A DNA stretch of 48,771 nt, counting the filler, from Catajapyx aquilonaris (taxonomy: Eukaryota): NCBI GenBank assembly GCA_000934665.2. It is 3 parts of 3 records of this genome, joined end to end, with 100 filler letters (N's around TTAATTAATTAA, not from the genome) between each part and the next. Parts side by side here need not be neighbours in the genome. Positions count along the whole stretch, not along the records: positions 32,555 to 48,771 come from JYFJ02007268.1; 2 more parts are not named here. The stretch is one strand, 5' to 3'. Within the stretch, counting starts at the first letter, position 1. Each line of letters begins with the position of its first letter. A program made the translations under genes and the position numbers. The notes beneath the pieces were generated by a model. It was not told where the DNA came from, did not search any database, and saw only the letters and a program-made list of their open reading frames with translations. This document shows positions 37,612 to 48,771 of this stretch, piece by piece.

Positions 37612-37842
37612 CCGAAGCGGGTTGGCATAGTGGATAAGGCGTCCGACTGCTAATCGGGAGGTCCTGGGTTCGAATCCCGGGGCCAGCAACCTTGACCGTG
37701 GTTTTCTGTGGTTTTCCACGGTCTTTCTAGGATAATTCCGGGGTTGCTTCCGTATAATAGGCCACAGCCGCTTCCTTCCTTCCCTATCCTTGGAGGTTGA
37801 AAGGCATTGCTGGGCCAACCTCCTTAAATATATCAATTATAA
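37612..37842 (+). mobile_element. tRNA-derived SINE (family 2), intronic
   Basis: tRNA-like head (gtggataaggcgtccgactgctaatcggga..ggttcgaatccc), core gtggttttcc..ggccacagccgcttccttcc. 15-bp TSD tgtacaaaaggtgca (37597-37611 / 37843-37857). Confidence 0.9.
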
Positions 37843-38073
37843 TGTACAAAAGGTGCAAACTTGAGGGAAATGAAATGTTGAGGTTTGAACTTGTAACAGT
37901 GTAAAAATGGCCCTACCATTTTAATGGCCACCTGCAATCCCCAATGCATGATTGTCCTGGAACATAAAAAAATTAGCCATTTCCATAGCAGTTGGGTTAA
38001 GGAGAGGGATGGGAAGGATGAAGTTGTTGACCTAAAATGATAAACTTGCTGAAAAAGCAGCTTATGTGAACTA

Positions 38074-38368
38074 ACCGAAGCAGTGGTGGCGGAGGGGATA
38101 TGGTATCCGACTGCTAATCGGGAGGTCCTGGGTTCGAATCCCGGTGCCAGCAACTTTAACCGTGGTTTTCTGTGGTTTCCCACGGTTCCTCCAGGAGAAT
38201 TCCGGAGTTGTTTCCTAAACTATTAGGCCACAGCCGCCTCCTTCCTTTCCTATCCTATTCCAAAAAGCGCAGTAAAAACGAAACGAAGAGTTCCAGTCAA
38301 AAAAATGTCCCCCCTAAAGAGCCGCCGGCTGATAACGGGGTATTAATTATTAATATTAATTATTAATA
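38074..38368 (+). mobile_element. tRNA-derived SINE (family 2) with a different 3' tail, intronic
   Basis: Same head and core as the 37612 copy. 12-bp TSD ttatgtgaacta (38062-38073 / 38369-38380). Confidence 0.9.
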
Positions 38369-38459
38369 TTATGTGAACTATGATCCTGGTTAGTCACTAT
38401 GGAGTATTGTTTTGTTGGGTTCGGGGTCTTATGTGGTAGAGTAAGTGGGCAGGTCAGTT

Positions 38460-38569
38460 CAGGTTAACGTACCTTATAACTACATTATCACTGATAATGT
38501 AGTTATAAGGTACGTTAACCTGCGATGTACTTGGATGCTGATAATTTATCAGCATCCTAGTACATCGCA
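38460..38569. repeat. Two abutting palindromes
   Basis: Perfect 31-bp arms with a 1-nt loop (38460-38522), then 24-bp arms with one mismatch and a 1-nt loop (38521-38569). Confidence 0.95.
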
Positions 38570-39067
38570 ACAATGAAGACATGCCTTTCCTGAGAAAAGC
38601 ATTTTCCCACAAATAACAAATTCCCACTCATAATGCTACTTTTGGGCAGTCCCTTGAAGAGTGTTATATCGAGGTTTACTGCATTTGCTTGCAAGACACA
38701 CAGTATTGACATTTCTTTGAGCTTTTATTTCTAACCTTTTATTTTTTGGCAATGCATTGATAATTAATTCAAAGTAGGATAATCTGCTCATCTGCTCATC
38801 AGGAGTCCTGTGTACAGTACAGTACAATGCCTCAAGTGAGGTGTGGAGAGGGGAATGCATTTGGAGTGGGATCACTATAAAAATGTCATAATAGTAGCTT
38901 TTTATGGCTATTGCATGGACAATGGAGCATGATTAATGTGTTTTTCTGGGTAGGATGTTACAATATTTTAAAATGTACATTGAAGTTTGTGTACTGGGTT
39001 CAGAAAAAATATATAGTATTCTCATTATTCTTTTCTTCATTCACACATTGTAATTTTTTTTTCTAAG

Positions 39068-39492
39068 GTACCTGAAGCTTCATGTGGCTTACTTCAATGA
39101 ATATAATGCATTAGTTTACCACCCGGTGAAGACTGTTCGGAACTACTTGACTGGTCCATTTGCACTGGATGTCTTGTCCATTCTTCCCCTGGAATGGTTA
39201 GCATGGATCAGCTTGAGTTCAAAAAACCACAGAAATATGGCCTTCAGTTTAATGCAGTTGAATCGCCTCCTACAGCTGTACAAGGTTTCAGGATATTTTA
39301 ACTACATAGGGGAAGATCTCTTTGAAGATACAGAGCTCACAAGATTCTTCAGTTATTTTTTCTCATCTGTTGTCTTCCTCAACATTCTGGCATGTGCTGC
39401 TATAGACATGACTTGTCCTCCCCACCTGTGGGACATGGAAGCAACATATGAATATATCAGATGCCATAATAACTCATGGATTTCAAGGGCTG
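39068..39492 (+). CDS. CNBD-family K+ channel, exon C (end of S2 to S5)
   Basis: aag|(M)YLKLHVAYFNEYNALVYHPVKTVRNYLTGPFALDVLSILPLEW...QLNRLLQLYKV...LNILAC...NSWISRA|gtgtgt. KCNH/CNG-type S2-S3 linker (YL..F.LD.LS.LP). Confidence 0.9.
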
Positions 39493-39614
39493 GTGTGTAT
39501 CAGTGGCAAAATTAGATCTGTGGTTGCGGTTATGTGTCTAATTTTAAATTGTTCGACATGGTGTGCTGACAGGACGCATTTATTTATAGCAAGACCTGTT
39601 TTGAATTATTCCAG

Positions 39615-39758
39615 GCATTCAGAACTACAAGTCCCCCTTAGGTGTCTACCTCATTTTTCTGTACTGGGCCACAACAAGTGCAACTACAGTGGGTTATGGG
39701 GACTGGCTGCCTCACACCTCAAGAGAGGCACTCTTGTGCATCATCTTTATGCTGAGTG
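39615..39758 (+). CDS. CNBD-family K+ channel, exon D (pore and start of S6)
   Basis: ccag|(G)IQNYKSPLGVYLIFLYWATTSATTVGYGDWLPHTSREALLCIIFMLS|gtaagt. Canonical K+ filter TTVGYGD. Confidence 0.92.
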
Positions 39759-40270
39759 GTAAGTTAACTGGTTTACGTAGACAGCAAATTATGTCATCAC
39801 TGTCACAACATTCTCTTGTGAAAGTGGTAGTCAGTACAGGATGTTCCCATAAGTTGGGTTTGTATATAACTTGGATCCCTGATTAACAGTGCATGTAAGG
39901 TAATAGTAATAGCCACTAGCATAAAGATGCTCCGCCAACGAACCCCTTACACCATGTGGGTATGTTTTCATGCATGGAAGAAAGTCCTTCCTAAATTATT
40001 TATTAGTAACTTATACAGTATGTGTGTTGAATTGGTGTCAGTCAATGTATGCAGAAGTGATTCAGAGGGGAGGGGTAAACATAAATTATCCTTATGGGGA
40101 GCCTTGGGAGCCCATTTATAAGCATGGATTGCCATCAGTCTGGTTTTTGTAAACTGAGGATTTCTTGTAATGAAGTTGGTGACACAAGTTAAACTCAAAT
40201 TGTAGCTTAAATTATTACAAATTATCCTTAATACATGAATCATTAAATTTATTTATTCTTTTTGTGACAG

Positions 40271-40412
40271 GGTTCATCTTCTTCAAGGTGATCATCACCC
40301 ACATGAAGGCCCATGATGTTGACAAAGATGCCACTCGATACCGTTTCAGCAAGCTAATGACCTTCTACTTGGATCACTTAGCACGACATGATGTCCACCA
40401 TACTCTTATTCA
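40271..40412 (+). CDS. CNBD-family K+ channel, exon E (end of S6 and start of C-linker)
   Basis: gacag|(G)FIFFKVIITHMKAHDVDKDATRYRFSKLMTFYLDHLARHDVHHTLI|gtgagt. Phase compatible with exon D. Confidence 0.85.
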
Positions 40413-40859
40413 GTGAGTTATTAACTTATGTGATTCATGTTTTGGCTTTCCTTGTGTATATTTGAGGACTACCATCATGAACATCTAGTTTGACCTCGAG
40501 TTTGACCTACATTGGCAAGTCATCATCGGTTTATCAAGGTAGCCGTGCAACTGAACCCACTAGCGGGAATGTATTTGCCAGTCTATACGCTAGTAAGGTC
40601 TGTGACTGGTACACATAACAATGCGGAAAACATGGCTTTAATTCCATTTGTAGCCATATTTTTATTACGTTCATTTATTACGAACTGAATCACTTTTGAA
40701 CCACTTCCATACCTATACGTGCCTGAATGTAGGTCACATTTTAAAAATTACATTAGATTTCCATGAATGTTGGTTTTTTATTACATAAATACCCTTTCCC
40801 CACGTATTGAGGTGTACTGTACGTACACCATATAATAATAGCATTTCTTCAATGTGTGG

Positions 40860-41140
40860 AATATATAATCATTAGATTATATTATACAATATAATCTAAT
40901 AAATACAACAAAATACACAGTAATATAACATATTATAATACAATACAATATTACAATATATAATATACAGTAATATAACATAATATAATATACCATAATA
41001 TAACATAATATAATATATAGTAATATCCACATAGTATAATATATAGTAATATCCACATAATATAATATATAGTAATATCCACATAATATAATTTATAATA
41101 TAATATAATATAATATATAATATAATCCGATGATATAATG
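40860..41140. repeat. AT-rich (ATAAT-like) simple repeat containing three 26-bp units
   Basis: atatagtaatatccacataatataat x3 at about 41015-41092. Confidence 0.85.
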
Positions 41141-42090
41141 ACGATAAATTGCAATACAAGGGATTGCGTCATAGTATATCGGAATTTGCACAAAATTTTC
41201 AAATTGCAGAACTTTCGATCAGCTGAGGTTACAATATGGAATAATATACTCATTTTATAGGAAATTTAATGCTCTACAACTTCTTCTCTGAAAACGTTCT
41301 TCTCAAATGAACGGAAAACGAGATAAAAGGAAACGTTTGTGAACAAACGGGAGGCAAGAATGTTTTTTGGGGGAATTCGCAATTTTGACGAGCGTATATC
41401 TCTGAAACTATAACAGATACGTAAATAGTGAATAGAGACATTCTCATAGGGAATTTTACCAGCTTCAAATTTGTACATTACCACATTCTGGCTAGACCTA
41501 CCCGATTTCGAGATATAATATAAAAACCANCGGTTTCGATGTCACTTTTTTCTGTTGACACATTTGAACAATGCGACGTGCAAGGCACAGTATCTTGAAT
41601 AAGTATGAATCTTTGACGATATAGAGCAATGCACAATCCCTCTTGTCATCACTCGCTTCTCAAGTTGCTTAACTCCTTGTCCAACAGAGCCCATTGAACT
41701 TGATGCCTGTTGCTCCACAAGCAAAAATGGCTCGCATTTGGAGGCAGCCTCCAATTTGTGAATGCCCCTTTAGAGTTGTTCCCAAACTCTTTTTTTTGTT
41801 GTCGCGTACCCCTTTTCAAATTTGTCACCCCCACTCCGACCTGTTAGGCTACCTGAAAATTGTAATTGTGGGGACTGTCTTATCAGTTAGTGCGATGGGT
41901 GTGCTTTCTTTCTTTCACAAATGGCGTCAATTTAAGCCTAAGGTCTTTCTCAACATAGAGTCGATGACAGTACTTTGTTTTCATGGACGTCATCTCAAAA
42001 ATACTGTAAGCGTCACATAATTAGGCAGACGTAGCAAATGGTATTAAGTAGCCTACTTCAGATCACTGGAGATCCACTGGGGAAATAATA

Positions 42091-42191
42091 CAGTTGAATC
42101 CGGATATAACAGCTTCGGCTGTAACATACTTTCGGTTATAACAGACTGATTTCCTTGGTCCCTTGAAGTCTGCTAGATCCGGATTCAACTG
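42091..42191. mobile_element. 101-bp pogo/Tigger-type MITE, TA TSD
   Basis: TA|cagttgaatccggat ... atccggattcaactg|TA, with 15-bp perfect TIRs. Confidence 0.85.
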
Positions 42192-43189
42192 TAATATATA
42201 GCAAAAATAATGATTGGAATAAGTAGGACCATTTTTTGTGTTTTTCTCAGAAGTTGGTTCCTTCTGGTTGAATCAGAATAATTATTATGGTTCCCACAAA
42301 TGTAGAAACTGGACGCCATTGCCCAAAATCTTTTACGTAGGCTACCCCCAAAATTGTGTTCGCGTACCCCAGATGCGTTTAGACCATGCTGTAGCCGTAC
42401 AGTGTAACTTGGTGTGATGCACTTAGAACATTTCAGGCAGTAGTGACTTAAGTGAATGAGATGACATTCACATTATCGCGTCTGATGACTTCTTCCCCTG
42501 GTACTTCACATTATCTCATTGAATAAGTGATTTAAAAATAAAAAATAAACTTGTGCAACGTATAAATGATTTCAGTCCTATTTGTTCTCATTCTTCATTT
42601 TACCTTAGTAAAAAAGCTGCTGATATCACATCGAGTAACCAGTGATGCAATTAGAAGACACAGAGATGTATACTCTGAGAGGTCACACTCTTCAACGAGT
42701 CCACAGGCGATACGAGCCCAGGCAATACCTTCCGCTCTGAAAAAATGCATTTAATAGCAATTTATTCACCCATATACTGGTAGTCTACTGGCATGTCTGA
42801 CACCAGTTACTGTACACATTACTGGGTATGAAAAAAACTACCATTGTCAGGGATAAATAGGATGGGATTGGAAGGGAAACCTAAATCCATCAACTCCTTC
42901 GCGGGCTAGAGTCGGGGTCTGGGGGCAGTGGCTGTGTCGCAAAAACGGAGCCGGAAGGCTGAATGAAAGGCGTGTAACCGCTGAAGATAGGTCTGTATCC
43001 GCAAGGAAGGAAGGTTAGGGTAGGTTGACGTTGGTACTTCACCTGCCACATTCGGTCTGTTATTACGAAATCCAAAAAAAAATCAATACTTGCAGCCTTA
43101 CGTTTGCGACACAGCCACTGCCCCCGCCCACTACTCACTCTCCCGACTTCTGTGGTGCCTCTCTTCCCTACTCCTTCCCTTTCGCGTAA

Positions 43190-43252
43190 ATCCCGGGCGG
43201 GGATCGAACCCGGGACCTTCCGCTCAGTTACCATCTCGGCCGCGCCTTCCCC
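43190..43252 (-). mobile_element. SINE tRNA-like head (family 1b-like), partial
   Basis: gggatcgaacccgggacc...ttaccatctcggccgcgccttcccc resembles the heads of the 28490 and 34710 copies. Confidence 0.6.
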
Positions 43253-44561
43253 GGTAAGGAGTAATGCACTCTTCAAGTTCCAATTTCAAGAGGGGGACAC
43301 ATGTTATGCAGTACTTACTCTAGCAGCCAGTTTAAAGAGCTAATTTAAAGGTAAATAATAACTACTAGCGTATGTGGCCCTGATTAGTGCTTCCACTGAT
43401 TATTCATTTCTTATTATAACAGCCCTACAAACCCATTTAGGACTGCTCCATCCTCCATAATATCATACACTTATACACGTATATACTTATACAGGTTATC
43501 TGAACAACTTACATTTTAGCACATTTAACTACATAGTAATGTTGAATTATTTTCTCGTAAGCGAAACATTTCCTCTTTGGGTAAACATTCTGCTGAAAGG
43601 CATTGAGAAGAGATGCACGTGTAGATTTTTCACATTTCCATCAGATTACTCGAAAGATCGAAGGTTGTAACACTGACCTGCAGATGTGCGACTATTTTAA
43701 ATCGCTGAAATCTATGAAGGTGTGCGGTAGTAATGGCTAATGGGCATAATGTTACGAATAAAATAAAAGATGTCTCGAATAAATTCATAGTGCGCATGGT
43801 GCCGAAGAGCTAAGCCAATAAGTAGTAATGTGCTGATTTGATTGCATTTTAATTTCTTCCGACCTACTGTATTTATCTCTGACAATTGGAAAGGAAAAGG
43901 GAAAGTTCAAAATTCTTCCAAACACACTTGAATCATCGAATATGAAAATATCCTTTGTTACACCTAAAATTAGGCTACTTGGCAGGATGGATTTACTTCA
44001 GACACCATTTTAATGACTATAGGTACCCAGTACCAATAAGGCACACATTCACTTGATTGTTGCATCTTTTCACACTGGTTGCTGGAGTAAATAAGACACA
44101 TATCTCATCCAACTTAATTGTTGGGACTTGGGAGTGTCACCTGAAGCTTTGTTCGCACTAGTTAATTTCCTCTCACTTTCTTGTATAGCCCATAAATAAT
44201 AGTAGGCATACAGTATTGGTTACTTAGGCTGGGGTTCGTGATCGATAGTAAACTCTGAACAAGACAGTGGTTGACCCTTGTTATTAATAGCTTAGAATAC
44301 TGTTACCAACAATGAATAACACGAATCAACTACTGTCCTGGATTATGTAGGCTCAGTAGACCTACATCAGCCTTATGCGTGAATGAATAATGTCTCTATT
44401 CACTCTGGGCACCAGACTATACTGTAGCTGACATACATTATTTTCATCGTCTTATTTATAGGGAGACACAGTCATGAAGGGTTACCCATAAATCTGGTCA
44501 CTAACAACAGCAGCAGCAACAGCAACAACAACAACAACAACAATACCGTAATAATAAATAT

Positions 44562-45520
44562 TTAATCGTGACTATACCTGTATATCAGTTTATAAGTCTT
44601 GACCAACCGTACGAAGGCATTGGGCAATAGTTTAGTGATGACTTTCTTCGCTCCACAGGAAAAAATTCTTCTGACTCCATGATAGGCTGAATATATTCCC
44701 TGGTATAGTGCAATCACTAGCAGGTTAGTGGCTTTAGGTGCATTATTTGCACTTTCCGACATCGCAAGGCTAGTTACCCTGGGCATTGCGTGAGAGACGA
44801 TTCGCCTAACAGATGTCAGACTCTTCACGCATTCTACTTTGTACCGTAGACTCTTGCAGAGACAATTTACACCTAGTTCTTCATTTTCTTGGTCTGATTC
44901 ATTGTGGAAGAACATATGGGTCATTAGATGAGCCAACATATCGCATTCCAATTCCGCCTGTTCATGGATCAGATCATCACTCCCGTCATCTACGCGCTCT
45001 TCAAAGTCAGGATCCCATTCAATTGTGTCATCATCATGGTCGTCTTTCTTGACCGTCAAGTCATTTTCACACCACTCTGTGTCCATATTATTTGCGTCGT
45101 CCTCAATGTCATTAGTATTAGTGTTATCACCTTCTTCCAATATATTGGGGACTTTCCACATGTATAAGAATTTGAGGAATCTCAGCATCCTAGGTTTCGA
45201 CTTTATCAACGTGGTTTTCTTCGCTTCATTAAAGGCACTTCGGTCTTTCTCCCCGGCCTCGGTGGAAACGAAGATCATCTCCATCCAATTCCTGCTGCGT
45301 AGAATGTATTCACTGTCAAATCACATTACAAATGACCATAATAATAATGACAATGTACATGCCTAATTTCCGCGTTAGATGGGCAAGCTTCAAGAAGGAT
45401 TCGGCCCACGTCAGCTGCATCTTGGAGACGACCCAATTTCAGCAGCCGGGCCGTAGTTTTCAAGGCCAAAATCAAATTGTCAGGTTCTTTCAGGTATTTC
45501 CATTTTGGAGGGCTTGAGCC
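44562..45520 (-). CDS. Uncharacterised protein: TPR-like exon plus acidic 240-aa terminal exon (gene or pseudogene)
   Basis: 240-aa open frame at 44562-45284 with a D/E-rich middle. Upstream LKTTARLLKLGRLQDAADVGRILLEACPSNAEI is TPR-like and joins in frame through a putative 50-nt GC-AG intron (45313-45362). Confidence 0.45.
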
Positions 45521-45602
45521 TAATAATAGTAGTAGTAGTAGTAGTAGTAGTAGCAGTAGCAGTAGTAGTAGTTGTAGTAGTAGTAGTAGTAGTAGCAGTA
45601 GC

Positions 45603-45646
<44 letters not shown>
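45521..45646. repeat. (TAG)n microsatellite with interruptions
   Basis: About 40 TAG units; the source of the poly-L/S/T/V ORFs in the track. Confidence 0.95.
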
Positions 45647-46319
45647 ACAATGGCGTCGCTTGCTCTCCCCTACTATACAACACTCGGACTTTAATTCATC
45701 TAAAGAATGCTGGGAAAGGTGCAGAAGAGGGATACTCGGGGTCGGGGATACTATCTTTTCGGGAACTCTTACGGCATTCACATCAGTCCAATGGTCAAGA
45801 ATAAGAAAGACATCTGCTTTCTTATTCCAGATTTTCCGAACTGCAGTTTACCCTAAGCGTCACTTACCCGTCGACCAATTTGGTAGCTCAGCCCCAATAA
45901 ATATTCAGTAGCTGACCCACACCGGCCAATTTTTGGCCGAACTGCCATAGTGGCGGGTAATAGCAGGGACAAGGATACCGTACTGGATGGTGACTGGTGA
46001 GTGAGTGTGTCGGACAGTGGTCCAGCAGAGGGACAGAATGATGTTCTCGGAGAGTACCCTTGACCAAAATGTGCTCTCCAAGCAGTTTCCTTGCTGGAAT
46101 AATTCACCGCCATATCTTTGTCGCTTATATCACGCAGTCCTTCTTTATAAGCCAGCCGCTGCCTATAAGGGTTTCAGGCGTACTACTTTCATTCGAAACA
46201 ACGAATATTATGATTAGCCTACTGTACAGGGTGTTTCAGAGACACGGGTCAAGCGCGCGCGAGGGGGTGGGGAAAAATCGTAGGTGGCGACAACCCCGGT
46301 CGGTTTTATAAAACAATTA

Positions 46320-46724
46320 GAAATACGGCAGTAATCAATTTATTTATTACGGCCGTACGGCGTGACGTCACATCCTTCCTGTATTCGAATAGACCGGCGC
46401 AGACTGGCAGATTAAGTGGTTTGAACCTGGCTGAACGGGTTTTTAGCCTTGCGGGTTGCACTGAAAAAGACGCTCTCATGCTACACTGGCAGGGTACTGT
46501 GCAACGTAGTGTACTACTGTACAGTGGTGTGTTCAGTACCCTGCCGGTGTAGCAGGAGAGCGCCTTTTTCAGTGCAACCCGCAAGGCTAAAAACCCATTC
46601 AACCAGGTTCAACCGAATGCATTTGCCTTGCATTTGCCACTCCGCGGGGGTCAATTCGAATACAGAAATGATGTGACGTCACGCCGTACGGCCGTAATAA
46701 ATAAATCGATTACTGCCATATTTC
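46320..46724. repeat. Imperfect ~400-bp palindrome, probably inside a non-autonomous DNA element
   Basis: gaaatacggcagtaatc...tttagccttgcgggttgcactgaaaaag...cagggtactg / cagtaccctg...ctttttcagtgcaacccgcaaggctaaa...gattactgccatatttc. Confidence 0.85.
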
Positions 46725-48771
46725 ATATTTCTAATCTAATATATATAAAGCCCCACGCCGAGGAGGAGGATATAGGATGAAAAAGATTTCGCACTTCCCC
46801 GGGTCGGAGAGACGTCGGACTTACGCCGTTGGATTCCTTGCCACCGGGTTACAATATCCAAAAATCCTCAAAACCGCGAATTTCCCAGCCGTTTTCGAGA
46901 TCGCCAAATTAAATGTAGACGCTAACCCGAGATCGCGAAATTAATGTATACCCCCAACTCCCCCGGTTNGTACAGTAGGCTAATCATAATATTCGTTGTT
47001 TCGAATGAAAGTAGTACGGGACAAAACTGGCATTTTTAAGTTTAAAAAAATATATCTAATACGGTACCGTCAGAAGGGGATACGTTACACAGTTTAGAAA
47101 ATTTTGGCAGGGGACAGCATATTCCGGAGATATAGTAACTATCAACATAAAAGATGAGGGTAACTTTTTAAAACGAAGAATTTCCCTTGTATAATATCGA
47201 CTGGGCCAGAAACATTTGTTACACTCTTCATTAAATGGAAGAATGTGTCAGGGTATAAAAATATGGTGGGTTATCGGGTTTTTCCGCGAGAGGAAGTGCC
47301 AGAAAATATGGCATGTGGGTTATCATGTAGCCAGTGTTGCCGTCCCGTGCATATGTGAACTTTGAGTATACCAAAATGTTTGTCATGTCTTTTACATAGT
47401 TGCTAGGTGAGCAATTCCAGCGTTACGGAAGTTATAATTGCACGCGAATTTTGGGAAAGATGGCTGCTTCCACGATGGCACATGAAAGTGATGATGTAAT
47501 GGGTATGGCCAGAGGAACAATAAGGATCTATACTTCCATATATAGATATATTCTCTGCAACGATCTCCTACATAATATATTATACACACGAGACTGACGA
47601 GTAGGGTTATTGTACACGTTACGGACGTGACATAATTAAAAGAGCCCTACAGGAAGGGGTTTACTACATTGTATGAAATTCCTGCGAATTATATGATGTA
47701 GTGAGTAGTGACACTTTCTTACTCCATTGCAGAACTCGTAGAGCTATACGTTACTCAATATGGACTTATATGTTTTGGGCCAAAACACTGACTAAGTTCA
47801 TGGTAAGACTAGGTCCTCTGCCATCTTGCACCCCTGACCTAGGCGATGAGTCAACTTGTTTATAGGGTGGAGTCACACAATTCTCAATTCTGTATAATGA
47901 TGAGATGAGCGTGTCAGATCAGGCTTGGTTGAGGAAGCCAGGCTAACCTTCATGTGCTGACCTCCATTTCCAGGCGGAAATGGGCAGGCGAAATTCATTT
48001 AATGTGATCCAGCATAATTTACCCGAGCTTACTCTATTTTGGTCAAGCAGTACTTACCTGTCATTGCCTGGCTAATGTAGACAATGAGCTCCTTCTCTAT
48101 TTCTTCCCATTGTGTTAGCCTCTGAAGATCATTTGGGAAGAGGGATGATTCCCAGTTATGCTTGCAAATGGTTAGCATGCATTGTGCTGGGGATGGAATC
48201 CCCTAATAAGTACAAAAGAGAGTTCCATGTTATTAGAAAATACTGTAGGCCAGAATTATTTGTAAATCCCAGATTGGAGGTCTTAACTCACATCTGCGTG
48301 TGGCTCTTTTGCGAGAGAATCACACATTTTCGGGTGACAACCCCTCGCCCTCACAAAAGTCTGAACCACAGGCAGATACGAAGGTAGCTTTTAAGCACGG
48401 GCACTCGAAGTAAGCAATACTACAACTGTAAATACGTAAGTGTGACGCTGTAAAGCTATACAATTATTGTAAGGGGTGAAATATTTGCAAATAATTATTA
48501 TTTCGGTCTTGCATTACTGTGTTTTTATAAGTAACCGTTATTGACATGATATGGTAGGGCTTCCCAAACTGTGGGTCGCGAAGCGGATAAGAAATTAATT
48601 TCACAAAAAAATTCTCTCTAAATTATTTTGAAAAGTATGCCCAAAAGGTAAGTTACAGAACAATTCAGATACGGTACTCGACAATTATAGTTGTCAATGA
48701 TTTTTATTTCACTGTTTACCTGTTTTTTCATGTTGGGGAATGAAAATTTTCACATCTGGGGGGGGGGGGGG

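Noticed and set aside
37612..37690. Possible tRNA gene (GCT anticodon loop, T-arm ggttcgaatccc)
   Set aside because: There is no convincing acceptor stem. It continues into a SINE core and tail, is flanked by a TSD, and has a second diverged copy at 38074.
40896..41253. Tyr/Ile-rich ORFs and 26-bp repeats as a CRISPR-like array
   Set aside because: This is a low-complexity tandem repeat with no unique spacers, in a eukaryotic context with no cas genes.
45477..45911. Poly-S, poly-V, poly-T and poly-L ORFs
   Set aside because: They are translations of the (TAG)n microsatellite.

Overview
Eukaryotic draft-genome sequence, probably from an insect or other hexapod (inferred from a ZAD-like zinc-finger pseudogene, maT/Sola/rosa-type transposons and tRNA-derived SINEs). 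It consists of three separate ~16.2-kb contigs joined by identical artificial 100-nt linkers (N44-TTAATTAATTAA-N44 at 16176-16275 and 32455-32554), so linkage across the linkers cannot be assumed. Contig 1 (1-16175) is a nearly gene-free mosaic of about 15 short, decayed transposon fragments from many superfamilies (several Tc1/mariner families, hAT-like, Gypsy, Penelope-like, LINE, Sola1, Sola2, EnSpm-like, possible Academ). Every fragment whose orientation I can read is on the + strand, which suggests a uni-strand (flamenco-like) piRNA cluster. Contig 2 (16276-32454) holds three intronless host-gene pseudogenes (copine, AFG2/SPATA5-family AAA ATPase, ZAD-C2H2 zinc finger), SINEs with TSDs and a 3.1-kb foldback element built from ~180-bp subrepeats. 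Contig 3 (32555-48771) contains five phase-compatible exons of a divergent CNBD-family K+ channel (TTVGYGD filter, low-charge S4, possibly multi-repeat CNGK-like), a Sola1-type MITE, SINEs, several hairpins and an antisense TPR-like/acidic ORF. All family calls rest on motif recognition by eye; no database searches were run.
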